Below, in pieces: positions 40,248 through 46,790 of a DNA stretch of 54,094 nucleotides. The position numbers and the translations under genes were made by a program. Each line of letters starts with the position of its first letter. The first letter of the stretch is position 1. Under the pieces are notes generated by a model. It searched no databases. It was given only the letters and a program-made list of their open reading frames with translations, and was not told where the DNA came from. The stretch comes from a virus: IMG/VR virus record IMGVR_UViG_3300018059_000002, positions 1 to 54,094 of that record. The stretch is one strand, 5' to 3'.

Positions 40248-40591
40248 TACGGTGATCCTCGGCATGATGTAGGGTAAAGACGACTTACGGCTTCCCAAAA
40301 TGCTAAGGCGGCCCTATCGACATCGCCGTTAATATTTATTTTGCCGTCGGGGTGAATCACTACACGCGGTTTGCCATGTGGGCTATCGCCGTAAATAATG
40401 ATATCGCCGGCAACCGCCGAGACGGATAGAACCGTAGTTAATCTTTCATCTTGCGGGATTGTTAAACGTTTTGCACTCGTAACGACCTCGTCAGCGTGCG
40501 TCTGCTCCCCGAACAGCAACACGCCCACAGCGAAACATAAGAAGCCGAGATTTTCAGCTTTCTGCCGAATTGTTTGTCGGCGGCGCTTCAT
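40247..40591 (-). CDS. Signal-anchored/exported protein
   Basis: 114 aa. The N-terminus MKRRRQTIRQKAENLGFLCFAVGVLLFG is basic followed by a hydrophobic stretch. Confidence 0.55.
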   Translation of the reverse strand: MKRRRQTIRQKAENLGFLCFAVGVLLFGEQTHADEVVTSAKRLTIPQDERLTTVLSVSAVAGDIIIYGDSPHGKPRVVIHPDGKININGDVDRAALAFWEAVSRLYPTSCRGSP

Positions 40592-40731
40592 GTTTTTGTG
40601 ACTTCTTTAACAACGAAACCATCATCTAAGCAGTACTTGATGAACGCGGCGCACTCTTTCCACGTAGTAAACCTATTACGGCTGCCGCTGCCGTAATAAA
40701 CGTGATACACAAATGTTTTACGCTTGCTCAT
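40588..40731 (-). CDS. Candidate 47-aa protein
   Basis: Not in the ORF track. It encodes MSKRKTFVYHVYYGSGSRNRFTTWKECAAFIKYCLDDGFVVKEVTKT and has ATGA overlaps at both ends. Confidence 0.35.
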   Translation of the reverse strand: MSKRKTFVYHVYYGSGSRNRFTTWKECAAFIKYCLDDGFVVKEVTKT

Positions 40732-40814
40732 ACAAATAGCTTCCCTTCGTTACAATAATCGGCAACAACAATAGCAAGAGCGATCAAGGCGGCAAGGGTG
40801 GTGAAGGTCATCAT
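40728..40814 (-). CDS. Candidate 28-aa hydrophobic peptide
   Basis: Not in the ORF track. It encodes MMTFTTLAALIALAIVVADYCNEGKLFV, with GGAG upstream. It is the first ORF after cassette E5. Confidence 0.25.
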   Translation of the reverse strand: MMTFTTLAALIALAIVVADYCNEGKLFV

Positions 40815-40850
40815 GGCGGCGGCTCCTAAGTGGTTACAATGTGGCTCTAC

Positions 40851-40892
40851 TGTATACCTGACGACCTCGTCAGTCTAGCGACTTACGTCACA
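40851..40892 (-). promoter_or_regulatory. Early promoter-operator cassette E5 (weak -35)
   Basis: Minus strand: TGTGACGT box (40892-40885), perfect dyad (40873-40858), then TATACA (40856-40851). The -35 position reads GCTAGA. Confidence 0.4.
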
Positions 40893-41271
40893 ATTTCATC
40901 GTGTTGGGTATCGGACCTTTGAACTCGGGCCACTCTGAGGTATCACCTTTGCTCCAAGCTCGCAAAAACCACACGGCTTCCCCCGGATCGAAGGGGTCCG
41001 ATAATTTTAAAGCGTATTCGATTGCAGCGTTGTACTGCTGGCGCATAGCTTCTACGGCTTCATTGCGCAGGTCTGATTGAATAGGATCACCTTGCATTAC
41101 ATCGCGTACCGCACAACCCGAACGCACAAGCGAGGGAGTAAGAACGGGTTTTTTTGGGGGAAGTTGTTCGGCATACACTTCGGGTATATCTTCCCACGCG
41201 CCAAGCTCGTGATTGAAGTGTTGTAAACGAGCCGAAGCTAGAGTCATTAACATACGAATTTCATATGCCAT
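40888..41271 (-). CDS. Hypothetical protein
   Basis: 127-aa ORF. Its stop TGA lies inside the TGTGACG box of cassette E5. Confidence 0.55.
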   Translation of the reverse strand: MAYEIRMLMTLASARLQHFNHELGAWEDIPEVYAEQLPPKKPVLTPSLVRSGCAVRDVMQGDPIQSDLRNEAVEAMRQQYNAAIEYALKLSDPFDPGEAVWFLRAWSKGDTSEWPEFKGPIPNTMKL

Positions 41272-41446
41272 AAATTTTGTCCCATAGGTAAAAGGTGACC
41301 GCCGAATTTTTCACGGCATGGTGTAATGTGTACCGATATAAACGCCAGTTTTCCAGCTTCCAGCACCCAATCCGCACATATACGGCGGCAAGTTCTACGT
41401 CAGTAGGATTAAACTTTTGAGGGAATCGAATCTCTGCGAGTCTCAT
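41261..41446 (-). CDS. Hypothetical protein
   Basis: 61-aa ORF whose ATG overlaps the upstream gene end by 4 nt. Confidence 0.45.
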   Translation of the reverse strand: MRLAEIRFPQKFNPTDVELAAVYVRIGCWKLENWRLYRYTLHHAVKNSAVTFYLWDKIYGI

Positions 41447-41664
41447 AGCGGCCCCTTGCGTGCGGCAAAAATTTTATCCGACAGTTTGCGAGTCGCCGCG
41501 CCATGATATCGGCACAATTCACCTTGTGTACTCGTAGTCCAGATACTTAGGATTTCGCCGGATTCTAAAGCATAGGCAACACCAGCTTTGTACATTGCGA
41601 CGGCTTGTTTGCTCGTCCAGCGCCCCGGCAGCGGGCCGAGGCGTGACGTTATGGCGTAAATCAT
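41443..41664 (-). CDS. Hypothetical protein
   Basis: 73-aa ORF with GAAGG upstream. It is the first gene after cassette E2. Confidence 0.55.
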   Translation of the reverse strand: MIYAITSRLGPLPGRWTSKQAVAMYKAGVAYALESGEILSIWTTSTQGELCRYHGAATRKLSDKIFAARKGPL

Positions 41665-41680
41665 AATGCAGCCTTCGTTG

Positions 41681-41741
41681 CGTTCAGTGTGGAGTTATCT
41701 TAACTGACGAGGTCGTCAGGATTCAAGTGCACTGCGTCACA
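41681..41741 (-). promoter_or_regulatory. Early promoter-operator cassette E2
   Basis: Minus strand: TGTGACGC (41741-41734), TTGAAT (41726-41721), an 18-nt spacer with the dyad (41719-41704), TAAGAT (41702-41697), then the leader CTCCACACTGAACG (41694-41681). Confidence 0.6.
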
Positions 41742-41900
41742 GTATTTGCAGTCGCAGCCCTTGCGGCATACCACACTGTTAATCTGCAAGCGGTCAGTAT
41801 CCGCAAATACGTCGCGCGGGTAACGCCGAGGCGCATGCGGATCATCAGGCGTCAAACCTTTCATCCCCAATGATTCAAAATCGCACATAGGACCGCTCAC
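41700..41900 (-). CDS. Small Cys-rich protein
   Basis: 66 aa with CRKGCDCKYC. The C-terminal PDDLVS and the TAA stop are encoded by the E2 dyad and -10 hexamer. Confidence 0.5.
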   Translation of the reverse strand: MSGPMCDFESLGMKGLTPDDPHAPRRYPRDVFADTDRLQINSVVCRKGCDCKYCDAVHLNPDDLVS

Positions 41901-42117
41901 ACACTAGCATTATCTCGCGGGTATCAAGAGGCACACATCCGCTGGCTTTCACCGCCTTCGTGATTGTCGCGATAGGCGTGCCGGCGCAAATCGCTTTGGT
42001 AACGTAAGGCGTTGCCTCCCACGTCTCGCGCATCTGCCGGCATTCTTGAGGGACCACCGGTAGTATTAACATCGTGTCGGTACTGCTAACGTGCATCCAA
42101 ATAATTAACGCCCACAT
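41875..42117 (-). CDS. Hypothetical protein
   Basis: 80-aa ORF that overlaps both neighbouring ORFs by 13 to 26 nt, so the start is uncertain. Confidence 0.4.
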   Translation of the reverse strand: MWALIIWMHVSSTDTMLILPVVPQECRQMRETWEATPYVTKAICAGTPIATITKAVKASGCVPLDTREIMLVCERSYVRF

Positions 42118-42329
42118 GCGAGTAAATCCTTATATCGTAGAGGTTGAGTAAGTTTGTTCATAGGTGAGTAGTCGAAACTGTGGGTACGAGGCGAGCCCGC
42201 GACCAACGTTTCAGGTTCGTCAGTGTACGCTTGAATCCTACCGTCGATCACGACGGCCCACAGTTTCATCGTTTGCGAATCGTGGACGCGGCGCGGTTGG
42301 ACTTGGAAAAAGCGTATTGCGGTGTTCAT
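42105..42329 (-). CDS. Hypothetical protein
   Basis: 74-aa ORF. Its ATG lies only 8 nt downstream of the E7 -10 hexamer, which suggests a near-leaderless mRNA. Confidence 0.5.
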   Translation of the reverse strand: MNTAIRFFQVQPRRVHDSQTMKLWAVVIDGRIQAYTDEPETLVAGSPRTHSFDYSPMNKLTQPLRYKDLLACGR

Positions 42330-42337
42330 GGGGCTGT

Positions 42338-42380
42338 ATCGTACTGACGGTGTCGTCAGGTATCCGCGTGATGCGTCACA
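42338..42380 (-). promoter_or_regulatory. Early promoter-operator cassette E7 (variant dyad)
   Basis: Minus strand: TGTGACGC (42380-42373), the dyad CTGACGACACCGTCAG (42359-42344), then TACGAT (42343-42338). Confidence 0.4.
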
Positions 42381-42482
42381 GTTTGAATGTTTAGGGTTGA
42401 TGACGCTTGCGACTGCGCGAATTCTTCGCCGCTAGCCTCACGAGCGCCCCGCAGTGGTTCAAATTCACAAGCATCATCAACC

Positions 42483-42522
42483 ATAAACACACGGGGGCTG
42501 GGGGAACCAAAACCCCCGTGTG
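42483..42522 (-). terminator. Intrinsic terminator after the sigma/partner operon
   Basis: Minus strand: CACACGGGGG (42522-42513), a 15-nt loop, CCCCCGTGTG (42497-42488), then TTTAT. It begins 15 nt after the stop at 42537. Confidence 0.6.
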
Positions 42523-42536
42523 ACACTGTAACGGAA

Positions 42537-43040
42537 TTATAATTTGTCGATTGTTGCACCTCCTTTTTCGTTAATAAAAATTCCGACATTTTCCATATCT
42601 CGTTGGCTTTTCTTTACTCTCTTACGCGCCGCAATCGCCAAGTTAGCTACCCGTTTTAAATGGCCGGAGAGTATTAATGCTTGATCGGGGTCAAGCGCTA
42701 TGTGGCGTACAGGAGCCTGCCAATCAATCAGCACTTGCATTGCTCTACTCACACCGACTTGATATTTGAGTTCGGGCGTTGCTGACAGTTCCGATGGCTT
42801 TGCAGATGTCGTATCATTGACTATTGCTTTTAATCCGCCATCTACGCCGGGTACACCTTCGTGATACAATTTGTCGCGAGCGCGTTGGGCTTGCTCCGGG
42901 GTGATTTCAGATAACCTCAATCCTTGTGCTTTAAGTAATGCGACACGATGCATTGGCTTCTTAGGGCACATTGGACACCACGAATCGGAGAATTCACCGC
43001 AATCGGTGTGTTTGATAGGACACGCATAGATAATCATCAT
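42537..43040 (-). CDS. Cys-rich protein translationally coupled to the sigma factor (anti-sigma candidate)
   Basis: 167 aa. Its ATG overlaps the sigma gene stop (ATGA). The N-terminus is CPIKHTDCGEFSDSWCPMCP. Function inferred only from the gene pairing. Confidence 0.3.
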   Translation of the reverse strand: MMIIYACPIKHTDCGEFSDSWCPMCPKKPMHRVALLKAQGLRLSEITPEQAQRARDKLYHEGVPGVDGGLKAIVNDTTSAKPSELSATPELKYQVGVSRAMQVLIDWQAPVRHIALDPDQALILSGHLKRVANLAIAARKRVKKSQRDMENVGIFINEKGGATIDKL

Positions 43041-43534
43041 TTGGCCTTTTTAAGAGTCTTGTGTACTTCACGTAATCCGAGCGCGATATGATGTTCTACC
43101 GTCTTTTCGCTTAAATGGTACTTCTTAGCGAGCTGTCGATAGGAAGCGCCAAAAAAGACACGTTGCGAAAACACCGCTTTACATCGTGGAGGTAGTAAAT
43201 TAATTGCTTTACGCAGCGCTTCGGTTTGTTCTAAACGGATCAACAATTCATCGGCCGGCTCGTTGGCCGCTAACATTTCCGCAAAGTCATCGCAACGATC
43301 AAACTGTACTAACCTATCGTGTCGACAGGAATCCAAAGCCATGCGTTTCGCAACTGTGAATAGGAAAGCCCGAGGTATTTCTAACTTATCCATATTCACT
43401 AGCGTTTTTATAAATGCCTCTTGTGCAATGTCGCTGGCAGTTTCATCAGAATGCACGAAACGCTTGATGTAACGACACAAGTCATTGTAGCTACTGACGA
43501 ACAAGTTAGTTACTGAGTCTTTGATAGCCATCAC
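43037..43534 (-). CDS. ECF-type (FecI-like) sigma-70 family factor
   Basis: 165 aa. Region 2 reads DIAQEAFIKTL...PRAFLFTVAKRMALDSCRHDR and region 4 reads LPPRCKAVFSQRVFFGASYRQLAKKYHLSEKTVEHHIALGLREV. Confidence 0.75.
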   Translation of the reverse strand: MMAIKDSVTNLFVSSYNDLCRYIKRFVHSDETASDIAQEAFIKTLVNMDKLEIPRAFLFTVAKRMALDSCRHDRLVQFDRCDDFAEMLAANEPADELLIRLEQTEALRKAINLLPPRCKAVFSQRVFFGASYRQLAKKYHLSEKTVEHHIALGLREVHKTLKKAK

Positions 43535-43552
43535 ACCACCTCGTTTTAAAGA

Positions 43553-43786
43553 TCAGGCGATATTCCCAAACCGGTGCTCCGATTTCTTCCGCTTCACTGT
43601 AGGTTGGGGCATACGCATCCACTCAATAACGTTGAGCCACTCCACACTATCGCAACCGACGGTATCGAAGTGCTCGCCGTGTCTATCAGTATGTGTACGT
43701 TTCGCGTGTCCAACTTCTTTACCATCGGACACCAAGACCTCAGCGCCATAAGGAGGCACACCTTTCTTAATATTTGTCCATCTCAT
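43553..43786 (-). CDS. Hypothetical protein (DUF551-like?)
   Basis: 77 aa. W-x-N-x4-PP-x3-VLV at the N-terminus loosely recalls DUF551. Confidence 0.35.
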   Translation of the reverse strand: MRWTNIKKGVPPYGAEVLVSDGKEVGHAKRTHTDRHGEHFDTVGCDSVEWLNVIEWMRMPQPTVKRKKSEHRFGNIA

Positions 43787-44586
43787 AGTAAGCCTGCTTT
43801 CGTTAGTGATTGAACCAAGGGTGACTTAGGGCGTTTGATGTGTCGCAGCGGTTCCCATAGCTGATTGGCGTCACGCGCCTCTTGCTCGATGATACCGGTG
43901 CGGCTACGACGTTCGGGCCGCGCCGGGCGTGTTATACGTCCGTGTGGGCACATGATTGTTTCAAACCCGCGACGAAAACCGCGCGTTGTATAAGGACGGT
44001 CCTCAATCGCTTCAATCACAGCATCAAAACCTTTCTTGCCGCCGATACGCGCAGTGTCACCCACTTTCCAATCACGCGACTCTAAGTCTTCAACGCGATA
44101 CGCCGGCGCTTTGTTGTCGAAAATTTTCGCGGCCCACTCTTGCATTTGTTGCTTGAGCATTAATGAGTGGCGCGCCGTAGCTTCCGATTTGTAAATTTCC
44201 GTTTTCACAGCACGCAATTGATACTCTTCGGAGCATTCGGCAAACGGTACGATCTTCATTTCGCTTGCGGTATAAGTGCGGTTACCGCGCTTTACAACAG
44301 CCTTAACATACTCGCCGTTCCATGCTTCAAGCGGCGTGCACGTGCCGGCTTTCAACTCTTCGACTTTGGCGGTTGCAGCTTGAGCGCGTTCAAAATATCT
44401 TGAAATCACCCCGTCGGTAAGCGCACGTGAGATGTGCAGTGAAGGTTCGCTGGAACCGGGGCAAGTACCGTTAAAATAGCCATGTACCACATCATAGCCG
44501 TGCTTCGCGATCAACCCGGTTTGTGTGTCAATCGCCTGTACACGCAAGCAACATTGACAATGTCCTCTGTGCGTGTGAGTGCTCAT
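43783..44586 (-). CDS. Hypothetical protein
   Basis: 267-aa ORF. It begins MSTHTH, using the same 16 nt as the upstream gene start. Confidence 0.6.
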   Translation of the reverse strand: MSTHTHRGHCQCCLRVQAIDTQTGLIAKHGYDVVHGYFNGTCPGSSEPSLHISRALTDGVISRYFERAQAATAKVEELKAGTCTPLEAWNGEYVKAVVKRGNRTYTASEMKIVPFAECSEEYQLRAVKTEIYKSEATARHSLMLKQQMQEWAAKIFDNKAPAYRVEDLESRDWKVGDTARIGGKKGFDAVIEAIEDRPYTTRGFRRGFETIMCPHGRITRPARPERRSRTGIIEQEARDANQLWEPLRHIKRPKSPLVQSLTKAGLL

Positions 44587-44819
44587 TGTTTACTATTTCC
44601 GTCAGTTTCGATTAAAGGGGTTGCAACACAACGACAATTGAAATGCTGCGGCGGTCTCGGCCGATTTCTTTCGGCAATCGCCTTTAGCAAACGGCGGCGA
44701 TATAGAAAATCAGGTTCCAACCCAAACCAACGACGAGGCAAGCCAAAAGCCTCCCCAATGCGCGTTAGATAAACATCTTTGGCTTTCCGTGTGTACCCTT
44801 CGCGCGTGTGAGTGCTCAT
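44583..44819 (-). CDS. Hypothetical protein
   Basis: 78-aa ORF that begins MSTHTR, with ATGA overlaps at both ends. Confidence 0.55.
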   Translation of the reverse strand: MSTHTREGYTRKAKDVYLTRIGEAFGLPRRWFGLEPDFLYRRRLLKAIAERNRPRPPQHFNCRCVATPLIETDGNSKQ

Positions 44820-44974
44820 GCTTGAATCACTCCATAAAGGCTATTATGGCCTTTGTGCCAAATCTCAACATTGTTACGCAACTCGTAGCAGCAACCGTTC
44901 CTGTTGAGATGAGCAAGAAAGGATTCTACAGATTCAATAACTTGCACAAGCATCCCGGTAGTAATAACTTGCAT
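44816..44974 (-). CDS. Candidate 52-aa protein
   Basis: Not in the ORF track. It encodes MQVITTGMLVQVIESVESFLAHLNRNGCCYELRNNVEIWHKGHNSLYGVIQA. It is the first ORF after cassette E3, and its stop overlaps the next ATG. Confidence 0.4.
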   Translation of the reverse strand: MQVITTGMLVQVIESVESFLAHLNRNGCCYELRNNVEIWHKGHNSLYGVIQA

Positions 44975-44990
44975 GGTGCAGCCCTCGTTG

Positions 44991-45052
44991 CGTTTCAGTG
45001 TGGAGCTATCTTAGCCTGACGAGGTCGTCAGTGTAAAGTGACTTGCGTCACA
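44991..45052 (-). promoter_or_regulatory. Early promoter-operator cassette E3
   Basis: Minus strand: TGTGACGCAAGTCACT (45052-45037), TTTACA (45037-45032), an 18-nt spacer with the dyad (45031-45016), TAAGAT (45013-45008), then the leader CTCCACACTGAAACG (45005-44991). Confidence 0.6.
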
Positions 45053-45228
45053 ATTTCTACTAACTGGCCATAATCGTTAGTCACCCATTTAGTTTTAGGA
45101 AAACCAACACAGCCGCCGCGCCACTCTTGCAAATAAGAGAACCACGTAAATACCCAAATCTCGCTTGTATGGGCTGCGAGGTATTCAAATAGGTACAAAC
45201 GACGGCCGGTAAAAAAACGCATTTTCAT
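45028..45228 (-). CDS. Hypothetical protein
   Basis: The track ORF starts at 45258, directly abutting the E4 -10 hexamer. I prefer ATG 45228 (MKMRFF...), which has AAAGG upstream. Confidence 0.45.
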   Translation of the reverse strand: MKMRFFTGRRLYLFEYLAAHTSEIWVFTWFSYLQEWRGGCVGFPKTKWVTNDYGQLVEIVTQVTLH

Positions 45229-45242
45229 AATGTCGACCTTTT

Positions 45243-45302
45243 CGTTCAGTGTGTTCATACTATACTGACGACCTCGTCAGGATACAAGAGGACCCCGTCA
45301 CA
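45243..45302 (-). promoter_or_regulatory. Early promoter-operator cassette E4
   Basis: Minus strand: TGTGACGG (45302-45295), TTGTAT (45287-45282), a 17-nt spacer with the dyad (45280-45265), TATAGT (45264-45259), then the leader CACACTGAACG (45253-45243). Confidence 0.6.
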
Positions 45303-45328
45303 AAAAAACGCCCCGGTTATGGGGCGTT
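45302..45328 (-). terminator. Rho-independent terminator
   Basis: Minus strand: AACGCCCC (45328-45321), a 6-nt loop, GGGGCGTT (45314-45307), then TTTTT (45306-45302). It runs directly into the TGTGACGG box of E4. Confidence 0.75.
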
Positions 45329-45351
45329 GAAAAGGGAGCAATGTCAAATAA

Positions 45352-45693
45352 TTATGCGTGCGGCTGACCATCACCAGGGTGATCCGCTTCCGATACAGGC
45401 GGCTTACGTTTGGTTCCTTTGGAAGGTGGCGTTGATTCAGGTGGCGTTGATTCAGGTGGCGTTGATTCACTGCTTAACACAACATCTTCAACGTGTGAAC
45501 TTTCGTCGACAATGATGCTGCTTGTAGGCTCGCACATCAGCGCGGTACGTTCGGCTTCAACAGCAGCATTCTGCACCTCTTGTACGGCAGCCTCTAGGCG
45601 TTCAATCGCCTGCGAGCCTAACATAGCCGGTTTGGTATAACGTTGAATCAAGGCCAGCAACGCCGCACGTGCGGCTTGTATTCGTTCGCTCAT
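45352..45693 (-). CDS. Hypothetical protein with ESTPP x3 tandem repeat
   Basis: 113-aa ORF with AAGGAG upstream. It contains the 15-bp x 3 repeat in frame. Confidence 0.55.
   Translation of the reverse strand: MSERIQAARAALLALIQRYTKPAMLGSQAIERLEAAVQEVQNAAVEAERTALMCEPTSSIIVDESSHVEDVVLSSESTPPESTPPESTPPSKGTKRKPPVSEADHPGDGQPHA
45425..45469. repeat. Perfect tandem repeat, 15 bp x 3 (ggtggcgttgattca)
   Basis: Read directly: the copies are at 45425-45439, 45440-45454 and 45455-45469. They encode ESTPP three times on the minus strand. Confidence 0.95.
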
Positions 45694-45765
45694 AAAAAGG
45701 CTCCTTAAAGTGTAGATGAAAACGTCCGCAGGCTACCACATCTTCAAATCTGACGCCCCTGTCGA

Positions 45766-46095
45766 TCAATAAGAAGGTGCCCATTGATCGCGCGGCCGTT
45801 CGGTTACAGGCGTCCAGCAGTATAAGCTGTCAGGATTCCACGGTAATGACATGTCGCGGATGTAGTAGCGCGTGTGGTGATTAAAATCATGCGAGCTACC
45901 ATCAAGCATTTGTGCACGTATAAATGCTAACGCCGTCTTACGTAGATGAAAGCCCCTTTTCGATAGAGGCACCGCAACGCCTCGGCTGTTAACCCAGTAC
46001 ACACCGTAAGGACGTTTTAAACGCATCCCAGGCGATTGTTCAAGGCCGACAGGCTCTTCGGTCGGCTTAAAGAATCCTATATCCCCGCTGCTCAT
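45766..46095 (-). CDS. Hypothetical protein
   Basis: 109-aa ORF whose ATG overlaps the upstream stop by 4 nt. Confidence 0.55.
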   Translation of the reverse strand: MSSGDIGFFKPTEEPVGLEQSPGMRLKRPYGVYWVNSRGVAVPLSKRGFHLRKTALAFIRAQMLDGSSHDFNHHTRYYIRDMSLPWNPDSLYCWTPVTERPRDQWAPSY

Positions 46096-46400
46096 TGTTG
46101 CCCCCGGTTGTGCTTGTAAAACGCTTCAATGCATTGTTGCAAGTAGGTTTCTAATGCGCCGAATTCGGCTTGTGTACTGTCGGAAGGCACCCACAACTTA
46201 GGGCATATGTATGCTGACAAGTCTTTGCGGAAGGGGTGCCGACGCGGTAGATACCGATTCATGCACGCTACGCAGCCACCGCCCGACACGTAGCGTTGAT
46301 CGACATGCCCTTGTTTGCAAGGCTTACCTGTAAAGAACTTTATGCGGCCCTGCGTGTAAGCCTGTTCGCGGGTGATTAGCTCGTGTGCTTGTGTGGTCAT
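46092..46400 (-). CDS. Small Cys-containing (Zn-finger-like) protein, first gene of the leftward arm
   Basis: 102 aa. FFTGKPCKQGHVDQRYVSGGGCVAC is a motif I recall from many proteobacterial phage ORFs of unknown function. Confidence 0.5.
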   Translation of the reverse strand: MTTQAHELITREQAYTQGRIKFFTGKPCKQGHVDQRYVSGGGCVACMNRYLPRRHPFRKDLSAYICPKLWVPSDSTQAEFGALETYLQQCIEAFYKHNRGQQ

Positions 46401-46430
46401 GGCGCGCTCATTAGTAGGTTCAATATCTAA

Positions 46431-46459
46431 ATTGTCGTTTATTTACACGTGATAGTCAA
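46431..46459 (-). promoter_or_regulatory. Candidate leftward early promoter
   Basis: Minus strand: TTGACT (46459-46454), a 17-nt spacer, then GACAAT (46436-46431). It lies about 30 nt upstream of ATG 46400. Confidence 0.4.
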
Positions 46460-46482
46460 TCCGTATACGTTAGAGCCGGGGC

Positions 46483-46681
46483 CGCCGTCCCGACTATAGG
46501 CGTTTTTCATCCCCTTTTGGCTGTCCTATAAATGAATAGTTAGATATCCTTTTAACTTGCATCTTGTGTCTTCTTCTTCTACTAAATAAATATAAATTCG
46601 CATCAAGAGTAAACATCTAAATAACTATTCATTTATAGGACAGCCAAAAGGGGATGAAAAACGCCTATAGTCGGGACGGCG
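46483..46681. repeat. Perfect 60-bp inverted repeat (46483-46542 / 46622-46681) around a 79-bp AT-rich core
   Basis: I checked all 60 pairs by hand and found no mismatch. The core (46543-46621) is far more AT-rich than the rest of the genome and contains TTGCAT, 17 nt, TACTAA (46557-46585, + strand). Confidence 0.95.
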
Positions 46682-46790
46682 CGCAGGATGTTCTACGCTA
46701 ACGGTAGGATTCGTTTCGTATGCTTGATGTGGGCGCGACGTAGCGCAGCGCTAACGCTAGAAACTAATAAAAACTAAATGGTGCAATATG

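Noticed and set aside
42356-42589. Track ORF 42356..42589 (-, 77 aa).
   Set aside because: Its 5' third overlaps the anti-sigma-candidate gene out of frame. The ORF also spans the strong terminator hairpin (42488-42522). Only a 42-codon remnant starting at ATG 42484 could be real, and that has no RBS. It is not reported as a gene.
46483-46681. Reading the 60-bp inverted repeat as a MITE or mini-IS, or as a protelomerase (telRL-type) target.
   Set aside because: No target-site duplication flanks the arms (…gccggggc|c versus c|gcagg…). No transposase or protelomerase gene is present. Telomere-resolution sites are continuous palindromes without a 79-bp spacer. It is kept as an unexplained element in the findings.
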